Source of the DNA: an uncultured Gammaproteobacteria bacterium
Lineage (GTDB): Bacteria; Pseudomonadota; Gammaproteobacteria; Steroidobacterales; Steroidobacteraceae
DNA length: 64,000 bases
Direction of reading: 5' to 3'
Assembly: GCA_963778855.1 (NCBI GenBank)
Contig: CAVZWC010000004.1
Coordinates: 117,309-181,308, forward strand
The notes under the pieces were generated by a model, which was not told where the DNA came from, made no database searches, and saw nothing but the letters and a program-made list of their open reading frames with translations. A program made the translations under genes and the position numbers. Within the stretch, counting starts at the first letter, position 1, and the number at the start of each line of letters is the position of its first letter. Shown here one piece after another: positions 10,118-19,861 of this stretch.

Positions 10118-11963
10118 GGGATCTCTCGCTCGGTCGGGTTGGCAGTTCCAGTACGAAGGTCGCGCCGTGGCCGGCGCCCTGGCTCTCGACGCGCAGCGCG
10201 CCGCCGAGCTCGCGGGCCGCCAGCGCGCCGCTGTGCAGGCCGAAGCCGTGGCCGTTCTTTTTGGTCGTGAAGCCGTGGTTGAAGATCCGCGTCAGGTTCT
10301 CGGGCGGGATGCCGACGCCGTTGTCACTGACGGCGATGGCGACTCCGTCCTGGCGGCGGCTGACGCGCACGTTGATGCACTTGTCGCTGCGGCTCGTGGC
10401 CTGGCAGGCGTGCTTGGCGTTACGCAGCAGGTTGACGAGGATCTGCAGCACGCGGTGCTTGTCGACCGTGACCGGCGGCACCTCGGCGAAGTCCCGCTGC
10501 AGCCTGATCGACTGGCGCTCGAGCTCGTCGGCGTTCAGGCGCAGGCTCTCCTCGACCAGCTTGTGGACGTCGACGCTCTCGGCGACGCCCACGAGCCTGG
10601 AGTAGCTCTGCTGCATCGCCACGACCTCCTTGATGTGCTCGACGTTGGCGCGCAGGGCGTCGAGCTCCTGCAGCGTCTCGACGCGCTCGCCCGCCAGCTG
10701 CTTCGACAGCTGCTCGAGGTAGGCCGGCAGGTGCCGGCCGCGCTCGTCGGCGGCGATGAACTGGCCGAGGTCGTCGCGGTGCTCCTGCAGCAGCGCGGCC
10801 ACGCGTTCGAGGCCGGCGGCCTTCGACCTGCGGATGCCGTCGGCCAGCAGGCTGGCCGAAACGTTGACGCTGTTGAGTACGTTGCCGACGTTGTGCAGCA
10901 CGCTGGCGGCGACTTCGGCCATGCCGGCGAGGCGCGAGGCGTCGCGCAGCTGCTGTTGCAGCGCCGATTCGCGCTGCTCGGCGCCTACGCGCTCGGTGAC
11001 GTCGAGATCGATGCCGACCAGGCGCGAGCCGCCGTCGGCGGAGTCGACCACCGCGGCGGCGAGCGATTCGATGTGGCGGACCGTGCCGTCGGGCAGCACC
11101 ACCCGGTAGCGCGTGCGCAGCTGCTGGTGCGCGCGCAGTGCGGTCGACATGGCCTGGGCCGCGGCCGCGCGGTCTTCCGGGTGTATCAGCTCCAGCCAGC
11201 TGGCCAGCGTCGGCCTGAAGTCCGGCGCCGTCTGGCCATAGAGCTCGCTCATGGTCTCGCTCCACCAGACCTGCTCGGACTGGGCCTGCAATTCGTAGAC
11301 GCCGGCGTGCGCCGCCTTGGTTGCGGCGCCGAAGCGAATCGACAGCCTCTCGAGCTCGGCACGGCGTGCGCGCTCGATGGCAGCGTCGGCCTCGATCTGC
11401 TGCTTGAGCCGGCGGCGCGTCAGCAGCACGAAGTACACCGTCAGCGCGCCGCTGACGAACAGCGCCGCGACCAGCAACCGCTGCTGCAACTTGGCCGAGT
11501 CGATGACCTCGCGCACCACGGCCTGGTCGCGGTTGACGAAGTTGGCGTCGATGGCCCGCGTCTGCTGGTCGGCCTGCAGGATCGTAGGGCGCAGCGGCAT
11601 CAGCGCGTCGAGGCGCGCGCCGGCGTGGATCGAGCCCGCCAGCGAAGCGACCAGGGCCGGCGTGTTGCCGAGCACCGGGGTCTGGCCGAGCCGCGCCAGC
11701 CGCGCGAGCTGGTCGGCCGAGCCTTGCAGCGCCTCGGCGGACTGGCGGCTGAGGGTGCCGGAGTCGACCGCGTCGGTGACGCCGTTGATGAAGGTGCGGT
11801 AGCTGGCGCGCGCCTCGCTGGCCAGGTTGCGCAGCGGCCGCGATTCGGCGAGCGCGGTCGCGCGCCGCGCGTCGCCCAGCAGCTGGGCGAACAGCACCAG
11901 CGAAACCGGCAGGATCACGGCCAGGAACTGCAGGGCAATCAGGTTGTCGGTCGATCGTCGCAT
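10107..11963 (-). CDS. Membrane sensor histidine kinase (periplasmic domain, TM, PAS, HisKA/HATPase)
   Basis: Intact 618-aa ORF. It has two hydrophobic segments flanking a ~150-aa periplasmic region, a PAS-like segment, an H-box (ASVLHNVGNVLNSV), and N/G boxes (LLRNAKHA, DNGVGI, GHGFGLH). Confidence 0.9.
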   Translation of the reverse strand: MRRSTDNLIALQFLAVILPVSLVLFAQLLGDARRATALAESRPLRNLASEARASYRTFINGVTDAVDSGTLSRQSAEALQGSADQLARLARLGQTPVLGNTPALVASLAGSIHAGARLDALMPLRPTILQADQQTRAIDANFVNRDQAVVREVIDSAKLQQRLLVAALFVSGALTVYFVLLTRRRLKQQIEADAAIERARRAELERLSIRFGAATKAAHAGVYELQAQSEQVWWSETMSELYGQTAPDFRPTLASWLELIHPEDRAAAAQAMSTALRAHQQLRTRYRVVLPDGTVRHIESLAAAVVDSADGGSRLVGIDLDVTERVGAEQRESALQQQLRDASRLAGMAEVAASVLHNVGNVLNSVNVSASLLADGIRRSKAAGLERVAALLQEHRDDLGQFIAADERGRHLPAYLEQLSKQLAGERVETLQELDALRANVEHIKEVVAMQQSYSRLVGVAESVDVHKLVEESLRLNADELERQSIRLQRDFAEVPPVTVDKHRVLQILVNLLRNAKHACQATSRSDKCINVRVSRRQDGVAIAVSDNGVGIPPENLTRIFNHGFTTKKNGHGFGLHSGALAARELGGALRVESQGAGHGATFVLELPTRPSERSHGH

Positions 11964-12119
11964 GGCTCTCGGGCTGCCTACGGCTTACCCGCGGACACTA
12001 ACCGGATTGCAAGATTTACATAGTGCGCCGGCGCCGATAGTCAAATCGCCGCCGCGCCTGGCTGCGAAAACTGTGACCGGCGTCATGCGGCCGGCCGCCG
12101 GCCCGCAACGGAGGCGGCG

Positions 12120-13444
<1,325 letters not shown>

Positions 13445-13448
<4 letters not shown>

Positions 13449-13990
13449 GCGCGCAGCTCCTCGATGACGAGGTTGCGGTTGGTGTAGATGCAGATGTCGG
13501 CGGCGATGTTGAGCGCGCGCTCGATGATTTCGCGTGCCGTCAGCGTCGAGTTCTGCAGCAGCGCCAGCGCCGCAGACTGCGCGTAGGGGCCGCCGGAGCC
13601 GATCGCCGCCAGCGGATGCTCGGGCTCGATGACGTCGCCGTTGCCCGAGATCACGAACAGGCTGCCGGGGTCGCCGACCAGCAGCAGCGCCTCGAGCCGC
13701 CTGAGATAGCGGTCGGAGCGCCAGTCCTTGGCGAGCTCGATCGCGGCGCGCGTCAGGTTGCCGAATTTCTCGAGCTTGCCCTCGAAGCGCTCGAACAGCG
13801 TGAAGGCGTCGGCGGTGCCACCGGCGAAGCCCGCCACCACCTTGCCGTCGGCGAGCCGCCGCACCTTGCGGGCGTTGGCCTTCATGACGGTGTTGCCGAG
13901 CGTCACCTGGCCGTCGCCGCCGAGGGCGATGGCGCCGTCGCGGCGCACGGCCAGGATCGTGGTGCTGTGCGGATCGAAGTTGGGGCTCAT
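13445..13990 (-). CDS. hslV: ATP-dependent protease subunit HslV
   Basis: Intact 181-aa ORF with [10 protein letters not shown] (N-terminal Thr nucleophile after processing) and [11 protein letters not shown]. It overlaps hslU by 4 nt. Confidence 0.97.
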
Positions 13991-14020
13991 CGGCGGCTCC
14001 TCCGGGCAGGCCTCAAGGGC

Positions 14021-14920
14021 TCAGCCGCGCCGGCGGGCGCGCGGGTGCGAACTCTCGTAGATGCGGGCGAGGTGCTGGAAATCAAGATGGGTGTAGACCT
14101 GGGTGGTGCCGATGCTGGCGTGGCCGAGCAGCTCCTGCACCGCGCGCAGGTCGCGGCTCGATTCGAGCAGGTGGGTGGCGAAGGAATGGCGGAACAGGTG
14201 CGGATGCACGCCCATCGGCAGGCCCTGCGCGCGCGCGTGCCGCGCCACCAGCAGCTGCACGGCGCGCCCACCCAGTCGCCGGCCGCGGTGGTCGAGGAAC
14301 AGCGCGCTCTCGCCGCGCGCGGCGAGCGAGTGGCGTTCGTGCAGCCAGCGCTGCAGTGCCGCCAGCGCCTGGCTGCCGACCGGCACGATCCGTGTCTTGC
14401 TGCCCTTGCCGAGCACGCGCACGGTGCGATCGGCCAGATCGAGGTCGGCCACGTCGAGGCCCACGAGCTCGGCGAGCCGCAGGCCGGAGGAATAGAGCAG
14501 CTCCATCATGGCCAGGTCGCGCTGCTGCAGTGGGCCGCGCGGCTGCAACGCGAGCAGTGCGCCCATCTGGTCGACGTCGAGCGTGTGCGGCAGGCGCCTG
14601 CCGGCCTTGGGCGCGCGGATGCCGGTGGCCGGATTGTTCCTGAGCCGGCCCTCGCGCACCAGGAAGGCGAAGCAGGTGCGCAGCGCCGACAGGCGCCGCT
14701 GCACGCTGCGCGGCTGCAGGCCGGCGGCGTGGCTGCGCGCGGCGAAGCGGCGCAGCTGCTCGGTGTCGACGCGGGTCCAGTCGCGGATGTCATTGCGCCG
14801 GCACCAGGCCTGCAGCGCCGCCAGCTCGCGCAGGTAGGCGGCGACCGTGTGCGGCGACAGGCGGCGCTCGGTGGCGAGGTGGCGCTCGAAGCGCGCGATC
14901 CAGTCCGCTGCGGCGGTCAT
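14021..14920 (-). CDS. xerC: Tyrosine recombinase XerC
   Basis: Intact 299-aa ORF with catalytic-region strings (LYSSGLRLAELVGLDV, HPHLFRHSFATHLLE, LLGHASIGTTQVYTHL). It sits in the conserved dapF-DUF484-xerC context. Confidence 0.92.
   Translation of the reverse strand: MTAAADWIARFERHLATERRLSPHTVAAYLRELAALQAWCRRNDIRDWTRVDTEQLRRFAARSHAAGLQPRSVQRRLSALRTCFAFLVREGRLRNNPATGIRAPKAGRRLPHTLDVDQMGALLALQPRGPLQQRDLAMMELLYSSGLRLAELVGLDVADLDLADRTVRVLGKGSKTRIVPVGSQALAALQRWLHERHSLAARGESALFLDHRGRRLGGRAVQLLVARHARAQGLPMGVHPHLFRHSFATHLLESSRDLRAVQELLGHASIGTTQVYTHLDFQHLARIYESSHPRARRRG
14059..14086 (-). promoter_or_regulatory. Sigma-32 (RpoH)-type promoter candidate for hslVU, embedded in the 3' end of xerC
   Basis: The minus strand reads CTTGATT-13 nt-CCGCATCT, compared with the heat-shock consensus CTTGAAA-N13-15-CCCCATNT. 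It is ~70 nt upstream of the hslV ATG. hslVU is sigma-32 dependent in E. coli. Confidence 0.5.
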
Positions 14921-14954
14921 GCGCGGCCCGCGGCGGCGGTGCGGTGCGCGGACC

Positions 14955-15683
14955 TCAGGGCCGCGACAGCGAATCCGCGATCAGTTCGGCCATGCGCGCC
15001 AGGAACTCGATGCTCATGCCCGGATGGAAGCGGTCGCGGTCGACGCTGCCGAGCGACAGCAGGCCCGGTGGCGTCAGCGTGGTCAATGGGATCAGCGCCA
15101 CCGAACCGATGTCGGCAGCCTCGCTGCCGAACAGGAAGTCACGCTGGCTGTCGCGCACCTGGCCGCAGCGCGGCCGGGCGTTGCTGAACAGGGTCTCGAA
15201 GCTGCGCCAGGCCGGATTATCGGCGGGCACCGCGCGCAGGAAGCGGCTCGCGGGCTCGCCATCCACGCTGGCGCCGGCGGCGCCCGCAGCGCCGGCCGCC
15301 GTGGGCAGCACCAGCACGGTGTGGTAGGTGTCGAAGTCTTCGCGCAACCCGGCCTCGACCTGCGCCAGCGCCTGCTCGCGCGTCGCGGTGCGCAGCAGCC
15401 GGCGCGTGAAACGGTGGATGCGCTCGGCGAGCGCGTCGTTGCCGCGCGCCACGCGCACGAACTCGGCCAGCTTCTGCTCGAGCGCGGCGTGCTTCTCGCG
15501 CAGCACCTCGACCTGGCGCTCGATCAGCGAAACGGTAGTGCCGTGGCGCGGATGCTGCAGGCGCAGGCGCGTGAGCAGCTGCGGATGGCGGTCGAAGAAG
15601 TCCGGATGCTGCTGCAGGTACTGCGAGACCGCCTGCTCGTCAATGGCCTCGAGTTGCAGGCCCGGTGCGCTGCTGCTGGTCAT
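14955..15683 (-). CDS. DUF484 family protein (GAF-like, XerC-associated)
   Basis: Intact 242-aa ORF (VSQYLQQHPDFFDRHPQLL..LIERQVEVLREK) in the classical position between dapF and xerC. Confidence 0.8.
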   Translation of the reverse strand: MTSSSAPGLQLEAIDEQAVSQYLQQHPDFFDRHPQLLTRLRLQHPRHGTTVSLIERQVEVLREKHAALEQKLAEFVRVARGNDALAERIHRFTRRLLRTATREQALAQVEAGLREDFDTYHTVLVLPTAAGAAGAAGASVDGEPASRFLRAVPADNPAWRSFETLFSNARPRCGQVRDSQRDFLFGSEAADIGSVALIPLTTLTPPGLLSLGSVDRDRFHPGMSIEFLARMAELIADSLSRP

Positions 15684-15718
15684 CCTCGTGCTTCCTCTCG
15701 CATCATAGGTGCCGGTGC

Positions 15719-16552
15719 TCAGATCTCGACCTGGCCGGTAAAGGCCACCTCAGCCGGCCCGGTCAGCCAGATGCCGTGGCCCGGACCCTGCCAGTGTACG
15801 CCGACCCGGCCGCCCGGAACATGCACTTCGACCTCCGGCGCCAGCAGGCCGAGGTTGCGCCCCACCGCCACCGCGGCGCAGGCGCCGGTGCCGCAGGCGA
15901 GCGTCTCGCCCGCGCCGCGCTCGTAGACGCGCAGGCGGATGTGAGCGGCGTCGACGATCTCCATGAAGCCGACGTTGACCTGGCGCGGGAAGTCCGGGTG
16001 CTGCTGCAGGGCGCGGCCGACGCGCTCGACGGGCGCGCTCTCGATCGCCGCGACCCGCAGCACCGCGTGCGGGTTGCCGATCGCGACCGCGCCGAACTCC
16101 ACGCGCTCGCCGCCCGTCTCGAGCACGTACTGCGACGCGGCGCTGCCCGCGTTGAAGGGTAACGAACGTGGCTCAAAGTCGGGCACGCCGAGCTCGACCG
16201 TGACGCGGCCGTCGGCGAGCACGCGCGCCGCAACCGGGCCGCCGGCGCTGTCGAGCCGCACGGCGCCGTCGGGGCCGCCGCGCCCCTTGAGGTGCAGGTA
16301 GCGCGCGACGCAGCGCGCGCCGTTGCCGCATTGCTCGACCTCGCTGCCGTCGGCGTTGTAGACGCGGTAGCCGGCCGCCGCCTGCGCCGTGCGCGGCGGC
16401 TCGAGCAGCAGCGCCTGGTCGAAGCCGACGCCGGCGTGGCGGTCGGCGAGCCGGCGCCACTGCGCGCCGTCGGGGCGCGCGCCGCCGGTCGGCGCCTCGA
16501 CGACCAGGAAGTCGTTGCCGAGGCCGTGCATCTTGGTGAAGGCGAGTTGCAT
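15719..16552 (-). CDS. dapF: Diaminopimelate epimerase DapF
   Basis: Intact 277-aa ORF with MQLAFTKMHGLGNDFLVV, both catalytic Cys contexts (EVEQCGNGARC, TLACGTGACA), and the end of the protein. Confidence 0.96.
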   Translation of the reverse strand: MQLAFTKMHGLGNDFLVVEAPTGGARPDGAQWRRLADRHAGVGFDQALLLEPPRTAQAAAGYRVYNADGSEVEQCGNGARCVARYLHLKGRGGPDGAVRLDSAGGPVAARVLADGRVTVELGVPDFEPRSLPFNAGSAASQYVLETGGERVEFGAVAIGNPHAVLRVAAIESAPVERVGRALQQHPDFPRQVNVGFMEIVDAAHIRLRVYERGAGETLACGTGACAAVAVGRNLGLLAPEVEVHVPGGRVGVHWQGPGHGIWLTGPAEVAFTGQVEI

Positions 16553-16571
16553 GCGTGAATGTTATCCGATG

Positions 16572-17360
16572 TCAGTCGCCCGCCAGCGCCGCGACCGCCT
16601 GCTCCCACAGCTCCGGCGTCGCCGCCGCCAGCACCGCATCGCCCGAATCCGCGTCGAGCGCGCGCCCGTTCCAGTCGCTGATGCGCCCGCCAGCTCCCTC
16701 GACCACCGGCACCAGCGCCAGGAAGTCGTGCGGCTTCATCGCCGCCTCGATCACGAGGTCGCAATAGCCCGAGGCCAGCATGCCGTAGAGGTAGCAGTCG
16801 CCGCCGAAGCGTCGCTGCGCGGCGCGGCGCGAGTAGGCGTCGTAGCGGCGCAGGCGCGTGGCGCTGAAGGCGTCGGTGGTCGTGCTGTACACGCGCGCGT
16901 TGCCGATGTCGCGGCAGTCGCTGGCGCGCACCGGAGCGCCGTTGCAGCGGGCGGGCATTCCCTCGACGCCGAGCCAGCGCTCGCCCTGCGCCGGCGCCTC
17001 GATCACGCCCAGCACGGCGCGCGCGTCGCGCGTGAGCGCGATCAGCGAGCCGAACAGCGGCATGCCGCTGATGAAGCTCTTGGTGCCGTCGATCGGGTCC
17101 AGCACCCAGATGAACTCGCCGCCGCCCTCGGCGGCGAACTCCTCGCCCTGGATGCCATGTTGCGGGAACTCGGCGCGGATCAGGCGCCGCATCTCGGTTT
17201 CGATCGCGCGATCGGCGATCGTTACCGGGCTCAGGTCGGCCTTCTGCTCCACGGCGAGCGGGCGCCGGAAGTGGCTGCGCGCGATCTCGCGGGCCGCGTC
17301 GGCGAGCCGCTCCGCCAGTGCGAGTGCGCGCTGACAGTCGCGGTGCCGGGCGAAACTCAT
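16572..17360 (-). CDS. Inositol monophosphatase family protein (possibly a HisN-type histidinol-phosphatase)
   Basis: Start chosen at the ATG at 17360 (MSFARHRD..). IMPase motifs are DLSPVTIADRAIE, WVLDPIDGTKSFISG and GGDCY. Confidence 0.75.
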   Translation of the reverse strand: MSFARHRDCQRALALAERLADAAREIARSHFRRPLAVEQKADLSPVTIADRAIETEMRRLIRAEFPQHGIQGEEFAAEGGGEFIWVLDPIDGTKSFISGMPLFGSLIALTRDARAVLGVIEAPAQGERWLGVEGMPARCNGAPVRASDCRDIGNARVYSTTTDAFSATRLRRYDAYSRRAAQRRFGGDCYLYGMLASGYCDLVIEAAMKPHDFLALVPVVEGAGGRISDWNGRALDADSGDAVLAAATPELWEQAVAALAGD

Positions 17361-17416
17361 GCGCCCCAGTATAATGAGCCGCACCCGGATCCGGTACGAC
17401 ATGATCAATCCCGCCG

Positions 17417-19861
17417 ATGGCTGAGCTCCCGCAGCACGCACGCGCCGTCGTGATCGGCGGCGGCATCGTCGGCTGCTCGACCGCCTACCATCTCGCCCGG
17501 CTCGGCTGGAGCGATACACTCCTGGTCGAGCGCCACAAGCTGACCTCGGGCTCGACGCACCACGCGGCCGGGCTTGTCGGCCAGCTGCGCACCAGCGCCA
17601 ACATCACCCAGCTGCTCGGTTACTCGGTCGCGCTCTACGATTCACTCGAGGCCGAGACCGGCCTCGCGAGCGGCTGGAAGATGAACGGCGGGCTGCGCCT
17701 CGCCTGCAACGACGCGCGCTGGACCGAGCTCAAGCGCCAGGCGACCACGGCCCGCTCCTTCGGGCTGGAGATGCAGCTGCTGACGCCGCGCGAGGCGCGC
17801 GAGCTGTGGCCGCCGATGGAGATCACGGACCTGGTCGGCGCCGCCTTCCTGCCCACCGACGGCCAGGTCAATCCCAGCGATATCACCCAGTCACTGGCGC
17901 GCGGCGCACGCCTGCGCGGCGCGCGCATCTGCGAGGACACGCGCGTGCTCGGCGTCGAGCTCGAGCGCGGGCGCGTGGTCGCGGTGCTGACCGACCGGGG
18001 CCGCGTGGCCTGCGAAGTCGTGGTCAACTGCGCCGGCCAGTGGGCGCGCGAGCTCGGCGCGCTCGCGGGCGTCAACGTGCCGCTGGTGTCGGTGCAGCAC
18101 CAGTACTTGATCACGGACGCAATTCCCGGTATCGGCCGCAACCTGCCAACACTGCGCGACCCGGACCGGCTGACCTACTACAAGGAGGACGTCGGCGGCC
18201 TGGTCATGGGCGGCTACGAGCCCAATCCACGACCGTGGGCGCTGGACGGCGCGCCCGGCGACTTCGCCTTCCAGCTGCTGCCGCCGGACTGGGACCACTT
18301 CCAGCCCATGCTCGAGCAGGCGATCGCGCGCGTGCCGGCGCTCGCGGGCGCCGGCGCGAAGCAGCTCGTAAACGGCCCCGAGAGCTTCACGCCTGACGGC
18401 AACTTCATCCTCGGACCGGCGCCGGGCCTGCGCGGTTACTACGTCGGCGCCGGCTTCAATGCCTTCGGCATCGCCTCGGGCGGCGGTGCCGGCAAGGTGC
18501 TCGCCGAGTGGATCGTCGGCGGCGAGGCGCCCTTCGACCTCTGGCCGGTTGACCTCCGCCGCTTCGGCGCGCCGCACGCCGACGTCGACTGGGTACGCGC
18601 GCGCACGCTCGAGCTCTACGGCAAGCACTACAGCATCGCCTGGCCGGGCGAGGAGCACGCCAGCGGCCGGCCGCTGCGCCGTTCGCCGCTGTTCGAGCAT
18701 CTGCGCGCGCAGGGTGCCGTGTTCGGCGAGAAACTCGGCTGGGAACGGCCCAACTGGTTCGCGGCGCAGGGCGAGCGCGCCGCGGACGAGTACGGCTTCG
18801 GCCGCCCGAACTGGTTCGCGGCGGTGGCGCGCGAGCACCAGGCGGCGCGCGAGCGGGTCGCGCTATTCGACCAGAGCTCGTTCGCGAAATTCCTGCTGCT
18901 CGGCCGCGACGCCGGGCGCGCGCTCGACTGGATCTGCGCCAACGAGGTGGCGCGCCCGGTCGGCAGCCTCGTCTACACGCAGATGCTCAACGAGCGCGGC
19001 GGCATCGAGTGCGACCTGACGGTGGCGCGGCTCGCGGCCGACCGCTATTACCTTGTGACCGGCACCGGCTTCGCGACCCACGACTTCGACTGGATCAGCC
19101 GCGCGTTGCCCGCGGACTGCGACGCGCGGCTGATCGATGTGACCTCCTCCAACGCCGTGCTTGCGCTCATGGGTCCGCACGCCCGAGAAGTACTCGGGCG
19201 GCTCACGCGTGGCGCGCTCGACAACGAGGCATTCCCGTTTGGCCAGGTGCGCGCGCTGCAGGTCGCCGGCGCGCCGGTCACGGCGCTGCGCGTGACCTAC
19301 GTCGGCGAACTCGGCTGGGAGTTGCACCTGCCGGTGGAGTTCGCCGCCACGGTCTATGGCGCGCTCATGGGCGCTGGCGACGAATTCGGCATCGTCAACG
19401 CCGGCTACCGCGCGATCGAGTCACTGCGGCTCGAGAAAGGCTACCGCGCCTGGGGCGCCGACATCGGCCCGGACCACACCCCGCTCGAGGCGGGCCTCGG
19501 CTGGGCGGTGAAGCTCGCGGGCGGCAAGCCTTTCCTGGGGCGCGAGGCCTTGCTGGCGCAGCGTGGCTCGCCGCTGGCGAAGTGGCTGTGCGGCTTCACG
19601 GTCGACGACCCGGGCGTGAACCTGCACGGCCGCGAGACGATCTATCGCGACGGCGAGCGGGTCGGCTGGCTCGGCAGTGGCGGTTACGGCCACACGCTGC
19701 AGCGGGCCATCGGCTACGGCTACGTGCGGCGCGCCGCAGGCATCGACCGCGAGTACCTGCGATCCGGCCGCTACGAGCTCGAGGTCGCGACCGAGCGCTT
19801 GCCCTGCGAGCTGCACCTCGAGCCACCGTACGACCCGCGCATGGAGCGCGTGCGCGCCTGA
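17417..19861 (+). CDS. FAD-dependent oxidoreductase with C-terminal GcvT-like folate-binding domain (dimethylglycine/sarcosine dehydrogenase family)
   Basis: Intact 814-aa ORF. It has the N-terminal dinucleotide fold VVIGGGIVGCSTAYHL and SGSTHHAAGLVGQL (covalent-FAD His context). The C-terminal half is aminomethyltransferase-like (YVGELGWELHLP). Confidence 0.85.
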   Translation: MAELPQHARAVVIGGGIVGCSTAYHLARLGWSDTLLVERHKLTSGSTHHAAGLVGQLRTSANITQLLGYSVALYDSLEAETGLASGWKMNGGLRLACNDARWTELKRQATTARSFGLEMQLLTPREARELWPPMEITDLVGAAFLPTDGQVNPSDITQSLARGARLRGARICEDTRVLGVELERGRVVAVLTDRGRVACEVVVNCAGQWARELGALAGVNVPLVSVQHQYLITDAIPGIGRNLPTLRDPDRLTYYKEDVGGLVMGGYEPNPRPWALDGAPGDFAFQLLPPDWDHFQPMLEQAIARVPALAGAGAKQLVNGPESFTPDGNFILGPAPGLRGYYVGAGFNAFGIASGGGAGKVLAEWIVGGEAPFDLWPVDLRRFGAPHADVDWVRARTLELYGKHYSIAWPGEEHASGRPLRRSPLFEHLRAQGAVFGEKLGWERPNWFAAQGERAADEYGFGRPNWFAAVAREHQAARERVALFDQSSFAKFLLLGRDAGRALDWICANEVARPVGSLVYTQMLNERGGIECDLTVARLAADRYYLVTGTGFATHDFDWISRALPADCDARLIDVTSSNAVLALMGPHAREVLGRLTRGALDNEAFPFGQVRALQVAGAPVTALRVTYVGELGWELHLPVEFAATVYGALMGAGDEFGIVNAGYRAIESLRLEKGYRAWGADIGPDHTPLEAGLGWAVKLAGGKPFLGREALLAQRGSPLAKWLCGFTVDDPGVNLHGRETIYRDGERVGWLGSGGYGHTLQRAIGYGYVRRAAGIDREYLRSGRYELEVATERLPCELHLEPPYDPRMERVRA

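Noticed and set aside
9930-12023. 697-aa plus-strand ORF. The 523-aa ORF at 13616-15187 and the 461-aa ORF at 8885-10270 are similar cases.
   Set aside because: They are antisense to the intact histidine kinase, hslV/xerC and the GGDEF-EAL gene respectively. Their low-complexity Ala/Arg/Val/Asp/Gly composition is typical of mirror frames.
12085-12112. GC-rich imperfect hairpin just downstream of hslU
   Set aside because: The stem needs bulges, and the nearest T-run (TTTTCG) is ~17 nt away, so a terminator assignment is not supportable.
14021-14920. Tyrosine recombinase as a marker of an integrated mobile element
   Set aside because: It is XerC in its canonical dapF-DUF484-xerC housekeeping context. 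No att-like repeats, phage genes or conjugation genes are nearby.
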